From the NCBI GenBank assembly GCA_035063585.1, contig JAPSGB010000023.1:16805-80804 (forward strand): DNA of 64,000 nucleotides, read 5' to 3'. Below, piece by piece: positions 30,298-39,500 of the stretch. The translations under genes and the position numbers were made by a program. The DNA comes from Polyangiaceae bacterium. Lineage in GTDB: Bacteria > Myxococcota_A > Polyangia > Polyangiales > Polyangiaceae. The stretch's first letter is position 1, and each line of letters opens with the position of its first letter. The notes under the pieces were generated by a model. It had not been told where the DNA came from and did no database searches. It worked only from the letters and a program-made list of their open reading frames with translations.

Positions 30298-31296
30298 TCA
30301 GTTCAAGACGCGGTCGGCGGGGCGAGCCGGGGGCGGCTCGATGAAGGTCGCGATGACCTCGCGTTCGAGCGCGGTCTTGAGCTCCGCCTCGACGAGCTCG
30401 ACCGCGCCCGCGACGCGCTCGATGTTGCGCTGGTAGACGATGATGCGCGCTTTCGGATCCTCCCCGGACTCCGGGGCGACGCCGTCGAGGAGCACGAGCG
30501 CGCGCGGATCGACCCCGTCGACCACCACCTCGACGCCCGGGACGTCGGAGACGTAGAGCTCCTCTTCGCGTAGGTGTGCCCGAAACCGCTCGTCGAGCGC
30601 CGCAATCGCGCGACGAGCGGCCATCTCGAACGTCTCGCGGGTGAGTGTCCACGGCGGCACCGGCACGGTGAGGTCGAGCTCGCGAGCGCGGAGGAAGGCG
30701 ACGGTGGCGCCGGCGGCGTCGCCGCGCTCATCGCGCACGAGCCCGAGGTAGTAAGCGGCCTCGGGGTTCTCCGGGTTGTGGCGCGAGGCGTCCTCGATGA
30801 GCGGTGCGGCCCGCTCCACGTCGCCGACCTCGTAGTAGGCGCGCCCGACCAGGAACAGGTGGTTCGGGTTCTCGAAGGGTCCGCGCGGAAACGAGCGCGC
30901 GAGGAGCTTGGCCTGCTCGAGCTCGTTCTTGCCGATCAGCGCGTCGAACTTGAGGAGCAGCGCGTCGACCAGCTCGTCGTCGTTCTCCGCCAGGTCGAGC
31001 GCCTGGTCGCACATGTCGATGGCGCCGTCGAAATCGCCGAGCGGGTGGATGTAGACCTCCGCCGCGTTGAGCATCGCCTCGAGGTAGGTGTCGTCGAGCG
31101 CGATCGCCTGGCGGTAATGCTCGACCGCCTCCTCGAACTCACCTTGGAGCGCGCAGACGTAGCCGAGGAGATTATAGGCCTCGGGCGACTGGCTATCGAG
31201 CTCGAGCGCGCGCCGGGCCGACACCTCGGCCCCGGCCGAGTCGCCGCGCTGCACGAGGTCCCAGCCGCGATCGAGGTGAGCCGAGAATTGATCCAT
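30298..31296 (-). CDS. TPR protein with C-terminal Zincin_1-like domain (HExxH absent)
   Basis: Several TPRs, then FEMAARRAIAAL, DVP, IIVYQRNIER typical of Zincin_1/DUF1025. Confidence 0.75.
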   Translation of the reverse strand: MDQFSAHLDRGWDLVQRGDSAGAEVSARRALELDSQSPEAYNLLGYVCALQGEFEEAVEHYRQAIALDDTYLEAMLNAAEVYIHPLGDFDGAIDMCDQALDLAENDDELVDALLLKFDALIGKNELEQAKLLARSFPRGPFENPNHLFLVGRAYYEVGDVERAAPLIEDASRHNPENPEAAYYLGLVRDERGDAAGATVAFLRARELDLTVPVPPWTLTRETFEMAARRAIAALDERFRAHLREEELYVSDVPGVEVVVDGVDPRALVLLDGVAPESGEDPKARIIVYQRNIERVAGAVELVEAELKTALEREVIATFIEPPPARPADRVLN

Positions 31297-31344
31297 GGCG
31301 TCCGCTCAGATGGCCCCGAAGCGGTCATGCGTCAAGCCGACTCC

Positions 31345-33099
31345 TCAGTCGTGAACGACGATGCGTGAGCCTGGATGCTCGGTGGTCGACCAGATCCCGT
31401 GCCATCCACGAGGCAGCCTCGGATCGGTGAACAGGAACACCCATTTCGCGTCGAGCGGCGCGAGGTTCACGCAGCCGTGACTCATCTGTACGCCGAAGTT
31501 CTGGTGCCAGAACGCCGCGTGAATCGCGTATGAGCCCTGGTAGTACTGGACGAACGGGACGTCTTCGATGCTGTACGGGAGATCTCCGGCGGCGGTGCCG
31601 TCGCCGTCCATGGTGGTCGTGATGTGCTTCTCACGGATCCGCCACTGCCCGGTCGGTGTGCTGTGATCCTTGTCCTTGATGGTGCTCTTCTTGCCGCTCG
31701 AGACGAGCGTCGCGTAGACCGGCGTGGTGCCCTCGTAGGCCACCAGCGTCTGCTGGGTCAGGTTCACGTCGACCCAGCGCTCGGCGGGCGTGAGATCGGT
31801 GGGCGGCGCGCTCGGGCGAGCGATGCGGACCTGGGCGTTCTTGATCCAGGTGCCCTCGGTCGTCTCGCTGTAAGTGTTACCGGCGATCTGCGCTTCGCGC
31901 CCGGTGAGCGGGATCGCGACGAAGCGCTCGACGGCCTTGGCCGGCTTGATGCGCTGGTCGGCGTCGATCGTGTAGGTGGGCGCCGTCTTGCGGCCGCCGT
32001 AGACCCACGCCACCGGGAGCTTCACCTCGCTCCCGAGCTCGACACCTTGGAACTTGAAGCCGGCCGTCTGCCAGAAGCGATCGGCCGGCGTGACCAGTCC
32101 CTTGGTCGTCTTGTACCAGGTGCGGCCGTTCCACGAGAAGGTCTTGTCGATGGCGACGTAGAAGCCGGCGACCATGCGCTTTGCCATGACGTCGTCGCCC
32201 TCGGCCGCGAGGTCGCCGAGCTTCAGCTTGTGCAGGCCGTCCTTGCCTTCCTTCTGCCACCACGGCTCGTCGGCCTGAGGATCCCCGGCGTCGCTCGCGG
32301 TCGTGAGCACGCCAGCGTCGGCGAGCGCGCGCTCGACGCTCTGCCGGCCCGGCGTGCCGCCGTCGCCGGCCGTGGTCGAGGACGCCTCGACCACCGCGTC
32401 CCCGCTCTCGGCCGCCTCGCGGTCTCGGCGCTCCTGGGCCTCGCGCTCCTTCTTCTCCTTGGCTTGCTTCGCGCTCGGGAGGTAGGGCTCGTAGGTGTTC
32501 ATCTGCTCGCGCGACGGCACCGACTTGTAGAGCGGCGTGCCGTTCTTCGCGTTCCGCGCGTAGCGATAGGGTAGGACGTCGCTCAGATCGGGCTGGCGGA
32601 TCGCGAACCTTACCTGCGGGTGGTTCAGGTCGGTCGTCCCCTGGTTGCCGCAGACGTAGCCGCCGTCGACGAGGTGATACCACCCGCCGCTGCAGCTCTC
32701 GGTGGAGACGGGCGTCGCCTCCACCGGGACGCGCCCGCCGTTGCGGATGTAGCCGAGCTTGCCGGCCTTGTCGAACCTCGGCTGGGCGTAGACCGCCGCC
32801 GCGATGCTGGTCACCGCGAACATCGGCCCGGTGTAGGGGGCGTCGGGCGCGCCCGCGTCGAGCTCCGCCGCCGGAGCCGCGCTCGACGCCGCCGGCGCCG
32901 CGCTCGCGAGCTCCCTCGGCAGGGTCGGGCTGCCGGCCGGCGACGGGCGCGCGTGGACACTCGCGCTGGCGGGCGCGGTCGCGTGTTCTCCCGCGCCCGG
33001 CGGCGCCTGACGGCCACACCCGACGCCGAAGGCGAGCGACGTCGCCGAGGTGAGCACCGCGACGCGGATGATGAACGAAGTCGGACGAGTGGAGGTCAT
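31345..33099 (-). CDS. L,D-transpeptidase family lipoprotein (YkuD domain)
   Basis: Lipobox FGVGC; WVDVNLTQQTL, VSSGK, TPTG, AIHAAFWHQNFGVQMSHGCVNL. Confidence 0.92.
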   Translation of the reverse strand: MTSTRPTSFIIRVAVLTSATSLAFGVGCGRQAPPGAGEHATAPASASVHARPSPAGSPTLPRELASAAPAASSAAPAAELDAGAPDAPYTGPMFAVTSIAAAVYAQPRFDKAGKLGYIRNGGRVPVEATPVSTESCSGGWYHLVDGGYVCGNQGTTDLNHPQVRFAIRQPDLSDVLPYRYARNAKNGTPLYKSVPSREQMNTYEPYLPSAKQAKEKKEREAQERRDREAAESGDAVVEASSTTAGDGGTPGRQSVERALADAGVLTTASDAGDPQADEPWWQKEGKDGLHKLKLGDLAAEGDDVMAKRMVAGFYVAIDKTFSWNGRTWYKTTKGLVTPADRFWQTAGFKFQGVELGSEVKLPVAWVYGGRKTAPTYTIDADQRIKPAKAVERFVAIPLTGREAQIAGNTYSETTEGTWIKNAQVRIARPSAPPTDLTPAERWVDVNLTQQTLVAYEGTTPVYATLVSSGKKSTIKDKDHSTPTGQWRIREKHITTTMDGDGTAAGDLPYSIEDVPFVQYYQGSYAIHAAFWHQNFGVQMSHGCVNLAPLDAKWVFLFTDPRLPRGWHGIWSTTEHPGSRIVVHD

Positions 33100-33244
33100 G
33101 TCGCAGAGAGGGGGCGCTCCGGTACTATCGCCGCGCTGGGCGAGCGAGCCACTTCTCGGCAGATCGGGCGCTTGGGCTCGCGAGCCGCCGGGAGTGGGGC
33201 CCGGGCCTGTTCTGGCGCAATCCGCTGGGAATGCCAGTCCACGA

Positions 33245-33260
33245 TGCGAGCCGCGTGCCA
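33245..33260 (-). promoter_or_regulatory. Candidate sigma54 (-24/-12) promoter for the L,D-transpeptidase gene
   Basis: Minus strand TGGCACG-CGGC-TCGCA: GG-N10-GC spacing, one mismatch to TGGCACG-N4-TTGCW. Confidence 0.45.
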
Positions 33261-33312
33261 ACCGGCTCGCCGGCGCCCGCCGCGGCGTCGAGCGTGAGCT
33301 AAGCTCGACGCC

Positions 33313-34851
33313 GTGGGCTTTCGTACGCAGTGGCGTGGTCAGCGGGACACCGCCGCGTGGCGACGGCTCGGCAAGCTCCTCGGGCTGTCGCTCGTGCTGC
33401 ATCTCCCGCTCACGCCGCTCGGCGCGCTCGCCGGCCTCCTCGGGCTCATCACCCGCGGGCCTGCCGAGGCGCTGCCGGTGGAGCCGGTAGATTCGATCCC
33501 CATCGACCTCATCGAGGAGTCCGGTGAGAGCCCGGCCGGGAAGCCGCCGAGCGAGCCCGAGCGCGGACCCGCGCCGGCCCCGTCGGAGCCTGAGCCCGAC
33601 CCCTTCGCCGGCCTCGACGACGAGCCCGATGAGGACGCGCTCGCGCTCGTCGACTCGCCGAAGCCCGAGGAGCCGCGCGCGCCGGCTCGCGCCGCGGACG
33701 CCGGCGCGCCCGACGCGAGCGACGCCGCCGCGCCGGACGCCGCCCCGCCCGACGCGAGCGACGCCGCGGCGAGCGTGGCCGCGGCGAGCGACGGCGGGCA
33801 CGCCGAAGCGGGCGCCGGACGCGGCATCGGTGATCCGGTGGCGCTGAGCGGCGCGGCGGGCCGGGTCGTCGACGGCAACGCCAACGTGCGACTCATCGTG
33901 TTCACCGACCGCATCCGCGACACCGAGCTCGGCGACAAGGTCGGCGCGCTGCTCGCTTCGGCGAACCAGTGGTACGACTTCTTCGGACCGAGCGGGCTCG
34001 ATCCGGTGAAGGACTTCGACCGCATCCTCATCGCCGGGCCGCAGCTCCGCGACTCGTCGGCGGTGGTCGCGGTGCTCCGCTACAATACCTCCGAGGCGAA
34101 GATCCGCGCGGCGCTCGCGGCGCTGGTCGCGCGTGACGAGGGGGGCCGCTGGCTCGACGCGGGCGTCCCGGCGGCCCAGGCGAAGGCGGATCGCGCCGAG
34201 CGGGTCTTCGCGCTGCCCGCGCCGCACCTGGTCGTGGTGGCGCCGCCGAGCGCCGCGGCAGCAGCGCTCGCGCTGCCGCGTTCGACGCGCTTTCCCGCGG
34301 CGAAGGGGGGCGAGGTGCTCACCGCGTTCGTCCGTACGCCGTGGCGCGCGTTCCTCGGCATCCCCTTCGACATCCCGAAGACGATCGCCTGGGTGCGGCT
34401 CTCCATCGCTCCCTCGCCGGGCGGCGGCGCGGTGGCCACCCTCGACGCCGAGGACGCCACGCCCGAGGACGCGCGGCGCAACGCCGCCGCGCTCTCGCGC
34501 GCCATCAACGCGGTCACCCAGGTCAACGTGCTGTTCATCCGCCAGCGCTTCATCGAGCCGGTGTCGCTCGAGGCCGACGGCCGTCACATCCGCGGCGTGA
34601 TTACGGCGACACCGTCACAGCTCCGCGATCTGGTCGGGATGGTCGCCGGGCTCGCGCGCGAACTCGGGACGGCGCGCGGCATCCGCGACGCCGGGTCCCC
34701 GAGCGTGGCGCCGCCGCCGGCCGACGCGGAGCCGCCGCGCGACGCGGGCGCCACGCGCGCCGACGCCGGTCCGAGGCGTGATGCCAGCGACGCGAGCGAG
34801 GGCAGCGCGCCCATGCGGAGCGCGGCCGACGCTGCGCCCGCGACCGACTGA
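33313..34851 (+). CDS. Membrane-anchored hypothetical protein with TonB/TolA-like N-terminal TM and acidic Pro-rich linker
   Basis: GLSLVLHLPL (SxxxH) TM; EPEPDP/DAGAPDA low-complexity linker; globular C-terminal domain. Confidence 0.65.
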   Translation: MGFRTQWRGQRDTAAWRRLGKLLGLSLVLHLPLTPLGALAGLLGLITRGPAEALPVEPVDSIPIDLIEESGESPAGKPPSEPERGPAPAPSEPEPDPFAGLDDEPDEDALALVDSPKPEEPRAPARAADAGAPDASDAAAPDAAPPDASDAAASVAAASDGGHAEAGAGRGIGDPVALSGAAGRVVDGNANVRLIVFTDRIRDTELGDKVGALLASANQWYDFFGPSGLDPVKDFDRILIAGPQLRDSSAVVAVLRYNTSEAKIRAALAALVARDEGGRWLDAGVPAAQAKADRAERVFALPAPHLVVVAPPSAAAAALALPRSTRFPAAKGGEVLTAFVRTPWRAFLGIPFDIPKTIAWVRLSIAPSPGGGAVATLDAEDATPEDARRNAAALSRAINAVTQVNVLFIRQRFIEPVSLEADGRHIRGVITATPSQLRDLVGMVAGLARELGTARGIRDAGSPSVAPPPADAEPPRDAGATRADAGPRRDASDASEGSAPMRSAADAAPATD

Positions 34852-34853
34852 GC

Positions 34854-35996
34854 TCAGCTTACGGCCGGCGGCTTCAAGCGCGCGAGCAGCGCGTCGGCGC
34901 GAGCTGGCTCGAGGCCGCCGATGGCGAGCGTCCGGCCCTTGCGCGGCACGACGACGAGGCGGCAGCGCCCCCGCGCCGCGTCGGCGAGCGTGGCGAGCGC
35001 AAAATCTACCACCAGGCCGAGCGCGATCACGCCCGCCGCGAGCCCGAGCAGCGGGCCCGAGCCGGCGCGCACGCCGTCGACGAACAGCCCCACCCCGAGG
35101 AAGCTGCCGAGCGTGAGCGCGAGGAGCCCGGCGTAGAGCCCGAGCCCGGAGAAGCGCACCTCGCGGGTCGCGCGCGCCAGGTTGTCGAAGGGGACGCGCG
35201 TCTCGCGGTCGCGGAGCACTCGCCCGAGCAGCTCGGTGCGATGCGCGAGACGCAGCCCATCGCCGTCGAGGGTCACCTCCGCCGGGCGCCGATAGCCGAG
35301 CGCGAAGCGCCCCACGAGCCGCCCGAGCGCGGCCAGCGCGAGCAGCCCCGTGCCCGCGAGGAGGACGGTGGCGAGCGGGCCGCGTGGCGCGCGCGCGAGC
35401 TCGCCGCTCAGGCGATCGCCGCCCTCGCGGCGCTCCGCGCCGAGCATCGCGCGCACCAGGCGGCTCTCGGTCTTTGCCGCCGTCTCTGCCGCGAGCGCGC
35501 GCGCGACCTGCGACCCGCTCGCGCCGAGCGCGGCCGCCGCCGTGAGCGCCTCGGCCGCGCCGAAGTCGGGCGCCGCGCTGCTCGGCGCCGCGGCGATCCG
35601 CGCCACCTCCCGCCAGATCGGCTCGGCGCGCGGGCCGAGCGCCGCGTCGAGCGGGCCGAGCGCGTCGACCCGAGTGTGCGCGCCGAGCCAGACCAGGCGC
35701 GCCGCCGCGGTGTCCGTCGAGTCCGCCGCCGCGCCGAGCGCGACCAGCCCGGCGAGCAGCGCGAGCTCGGCTGCGCTTCGCGGGCCCTCCGCGAGCACCA
35801 CCGCGAGATCCCCGAACGGGGTCGCGCCCTCGCCCGGCGCGAGCTCGCCCGCCGCGCTCGCGGAGCCCCCAGCGCCAAAACCGCCCTCGCGCCCGGCCAC
35901 CGCCGCCGCGGCCGCCCGCCAGGCGAGCTCCGCGAGCCGCGGGCAGGTGGAGAGCCCGGTGAGTCCGGCGATGAGGTCACCCGAGGACGGCATCAT
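34854..35996 (-). CDS. Hypothetical membrane protein
   Basis: Ala-rich helical N-terminus and three C-terminal hydrophobic segments; high GC3. Confidence 0.6.
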   Translation of the reverse strand: MMPSSGDLIAGLTGLSTCPRLAELAWRAAAAAVAGREGGFGAGGSASAAGELAPGEGATPFGDLAVVLAEGPRSAAELALLAGLVALGAAADSTDTAAARLVWLGAHTRVDALGPLDAALGPRAEPIWREVARIAAAPSSAAPDFGAAEALTAAAALGASGSQVARALAAETAAKTESRLVRAMLGAERREGGDRLSGELARAPRGPLATVLLAGTGLLALAALGRLVGRFALGYRRPAEVTLDGDGLRLAHRTELLGRVLRDRETRVPFDNLARATREVRFSGLGLYAGLLALTLGSFLGVGLFVDGVRAGSGPLLGLAAGVIALGLVVDFALATLADAARGRCRLVVVPRKGRTLAIGGLEPARADALLARLKPPAVS

Positions 35997-36238
35997 CTCG
36001 ACTCGCACGCCTTATCCGAACGCCGCGCCGACCGCCAGCCATTCGCGGATGGTCGGGAAATGACGAGCGGTCCTGCGCGCGCCGGCGGCGAGGCCCGGGG
36101 GTGGGGAGGGGTGCCGGTCCGCCGCGGCCGGCGGCGCGTCCCGCCGGCCGACAACTTGGCCCGCGCGCGCCCGACCGGTTAGCGACGAGAGCGCGCGCGC
36201 CCCCTGCGCGAGGCAGAGCCCAGAGGAAACCCAACGCG

Positions 36239-36499
36239 ATGTCCAGCCCGACCTCGAACGCCGAGATGCTCGAAAACCTCCGCGCGATGCTCCGCGACGT
36301 GTTCCGCCTGCGGACCGAGGGGGTTGCCTACGCGCGGCTCGCCCGCGCGCACGGCTACGTCGACGGCTACATGCGCGTCCTGCTCGAGGCCGGCATCGCC
36401 GACAAGCGTCAGCTCCTCGCCATCGTCGCCGAGGAGCGCACGACGGTCGACGGCCCCGCGACGATTGCGCTCGAGCAGGACGCGACCGCGGCCGCCTGA
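36239..36499 (+). CDS. Small conserved-looking hypothetical protein
   Basis: GAGGA RBS; MSSPTSNAEMLENLRAMLRDVF...AHGYVDGYMRVLL; good codon bias. Confidence 0.7.
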   Translation: MSSPTSNAEMLENLRAMLRDVFRLRTEGVAYARLARAHGYVDGYMRVLLEAGIADKRQLLAIVAEERTTVDGPATIALEQDATAAA

Positions 36500-36540
36500 G
36501 CGCGCGGCCCGCTCGCCGCGCGCTCGAGCGCCGTGGCGCC

Positions 36541-39500
36541 TCACGGCGCGACGAGGATGACGTCGCCTGCGGTGAGCGGCTTGCCCTTGCGCCACCACGT
36601 GCTCACCTGGGTCGCGCCGTTCAGCTGGACGATGTGGCTGAACGCGCCGGCGAACCCGTCGACGGTGAGCGTCCGCGCGTTCCACGTGTGAGCGCCGCCC
36701 GCCGCCGCGGGGGAGCCCACCGCGTAGCGGAGCAGACCGTTGGTCGCGTCCTGGTAGGCGACGTGCACCTCGCCGCCGCTGGTCACGAACAGCGAGGAGT
36801 CGTCACCGACCACCGCCTGGCCGTCCGGCGTCTCTCCGGAGTCCACCACCTCCGGAGCGGTCGGCGTGGTGCCGCCGGTGACCTTCATGTAGAGGAGCGC
36901 CTCGGTGAAGCCGTCGGCGTAGGTGATGTGCCAATCGCCACCCGCGTCGATGAAGAGGCTCGCGCCAATCCCCTTGTCGCCGGTGTCGATGGGCTTGCCC
37001 TCGGCGTCGGTGCCCTGCCCGTCGAGGATGGCCGGCGGCTGCCAGGCGCCGCCCACCTGCTGCGCGGACATCAGGTTGCCGTGGATCCGGTCGTAGTAGA
37101 CCAGGGCGAGCCCGGAGGCTCCTCGGGCGATCGAGAGGTAGAGGCCGCTCGCCTCGGGGTAGTCCTCGAGGTTGGTCGAGCCGATGACGTCGACGCACTT
37201 CGCGGCGCCCGTGCCGTCATCCATGCACTTCGTGCCGCTCGCGCAGCTCGGATCGCAGCCGGAGATCGGCGCCGCGCACTTCTGCGTGTCTGCGCGGCAG
37301 CTCTCGCCCGAGTTGCAGAGGTAGTCGCGGCACGGGGTGTTCGGCGTCACGGTCGCGTCCTCGAAGCTCCAGTCGCTCGCCGCGGCCGGTGAGGCCGAGG
37401 ACGCGGTCGCGATGCGGACGCCGCTCTGCGCGCCGCCTTGACCATCTTGCGTGATGGCGAGGTACGCGATGAGCGGCTTGCCCTCGGAGACGATGAGCTT
37501 CGCGTAGCGCCCGAGGTCGGCGTGAGCCTGCTTCTGCACCGTGTGCACCGCCCACGCCGAGCCATCGTACGAGGCGAACTTGAGCGCGCGGTTGGTGGCG
37601 TCGTAGTAGGCGACCATCGGGTTGCCGGCCGCGTCGAGCTGGAGGCTGGTCCAGAGTCCGACGTCGTCGCCCGGGTCGGTGAGCCCCTGCCGGAAGCCCT
37701 TCGGATCGTAGAAGTTCGGGTCCGGAGGCCCCCCGGAGCTCCCGGGCTCGGCGTCGGGATCGATCGGTGGGAGCCCGTCCACGGTCACCCAGTCGACCTT
37801 GGTGCCGTCCCACTTGCCGACCACCAAGTCGCCGAACAAGGACGGCGCCGGCTCTTCACCTTCGACCTGCGTGTAGCCGATGTCGTCGTAGCCCGAGATC
37901 CACACGGTGCCGTCGCTCGCCACCCCGACCGAGGAGTAGGCGCCGACCAGCCCCGGGGTGATCGTCTCGCACGTCTCGAGCCCTGGGCACTGTCCCGAGG
38001 TCGAGCCGCCGCCCCCGCCCGAGGACGGGTTGCCGCTCTCGGCATCGCTGCCGCACGAGCAGCCCGACCACGACGCGGCCACCGCCATGAGCGCGAGCGT
38101 CCCGGTGGCGCGGAGCGTGTTCACGCCGCGGCGCGCGGCGGTCGCGCGAAAGGGCTGCTCGCGGCGGCCTCCCCGGCGCCGCATACGGGCCATGAGGCCG
38201 AGTCCGAGCAGCACGCCGACCGTCAGCGGCAGCCGAGTCCCGCTCGCGTCGCCACCGGGCACGCGGCATCCGCACGAGCTCGCGTCGCCGAGCGACGCGT
38301 CGGTGCGCCCGCGGACCAGCGCCTGGGTCGCGGTGCCGAGGTTGCCCTCCTCGTCCGTCGCCTCGACCGTGATGCGCGCCGCGTCGCCGACCTCGATGGT
38401 GTCGAGCGCGCTCGCTTGGCGCCAATCGGTGAAGCTTGCGCCGTCGAGCGACCAGCGCACGCGAGTGCGCTCCGCCGGCGAGACCACGTCGAAGATCTTC
38501 GCCTTCACTCGCCCATCGCGGACCACGCTCCCGAGCGCGATCTCCGGCGCCGACTTGTCGATGATGAGATCGATGACGGCCGGCGCGCGATCCATGGTGC
38601 CCGGCTGACCCGCCACGCGCGAGCGGACCTCGAGCTTGTGGTGCGCCTGGAGGGAGAGGAGCGGCGAGCTCACCGTGACGTTACGGTTGGTCGTCCACGG
38701 GTGCCAGAAGCCGCCGTCCAGACGGTACTGGAACTCGATCGTGCGGGCGCCGTTGTCGAGCTGGCTCGACAGGCGGAGCTCGACCTTCGGCAGGTTGTCA
38801 CGGGTGATGGTCGGCAGGACCAGCCCGGCCGGGTCGATCTCCTTGCCGCTCACCGTGGCCTCGGTCCGGCTGATCCAGAGCGGCTGGGGGCCCGCGACGC
38901 CGAACGCGGCGAAGATGCCGAGGAAGCCGTCCGAGCCCTTGTCGAGCCTGCGGAGCCCGGGGCTGCCCTCGCCGGGCACGGAGGGCGGGATGTTCAGGGT
39001 GAGGCCCGTCGAGGCGAGCTGCTCGTTCAGATCGATGGGGTCGATGGCGCCGCCGAGCGCCGAGCCCACCGCTCCCGAGATGATCCCCGCGAGCGCCTCG
39101 GCCGCCTGCTTCTCGTCCTCGCGCAGGAGCGGCGCGTTCGAGAGGAGCGGGTTATTCACCTGGAGCTTGTCGATGACCGGTGCGAGCCCCGCGTCGGTCA
39201 CGTCCAGGTTGACCGGGACGACGAGGTCGAAGCTGGCGGAGAACGCCCGGATGTACCGGTCGCTGCTGAACACGTAGAAATCGATGATGAACTTATTCAG
39301 CCCGAGCTTGAGCAGGGGATCGGTCTCGATGTCGGTGCCGTTGCCGACCTGGAGGGTGGGCGGCTCCTGCGGCCGGATGACGAGCGAGAGCGGCTGCGGC
39401 TTCTGCTGGCGGCCGAGATCCTTCAGGGAGGGGATGAGGAGGCTCACCGTGTTCGAGCTGAGCAGGCTGCCGAGCGTGCTCGAGCCGATGCCGAGGCAGA

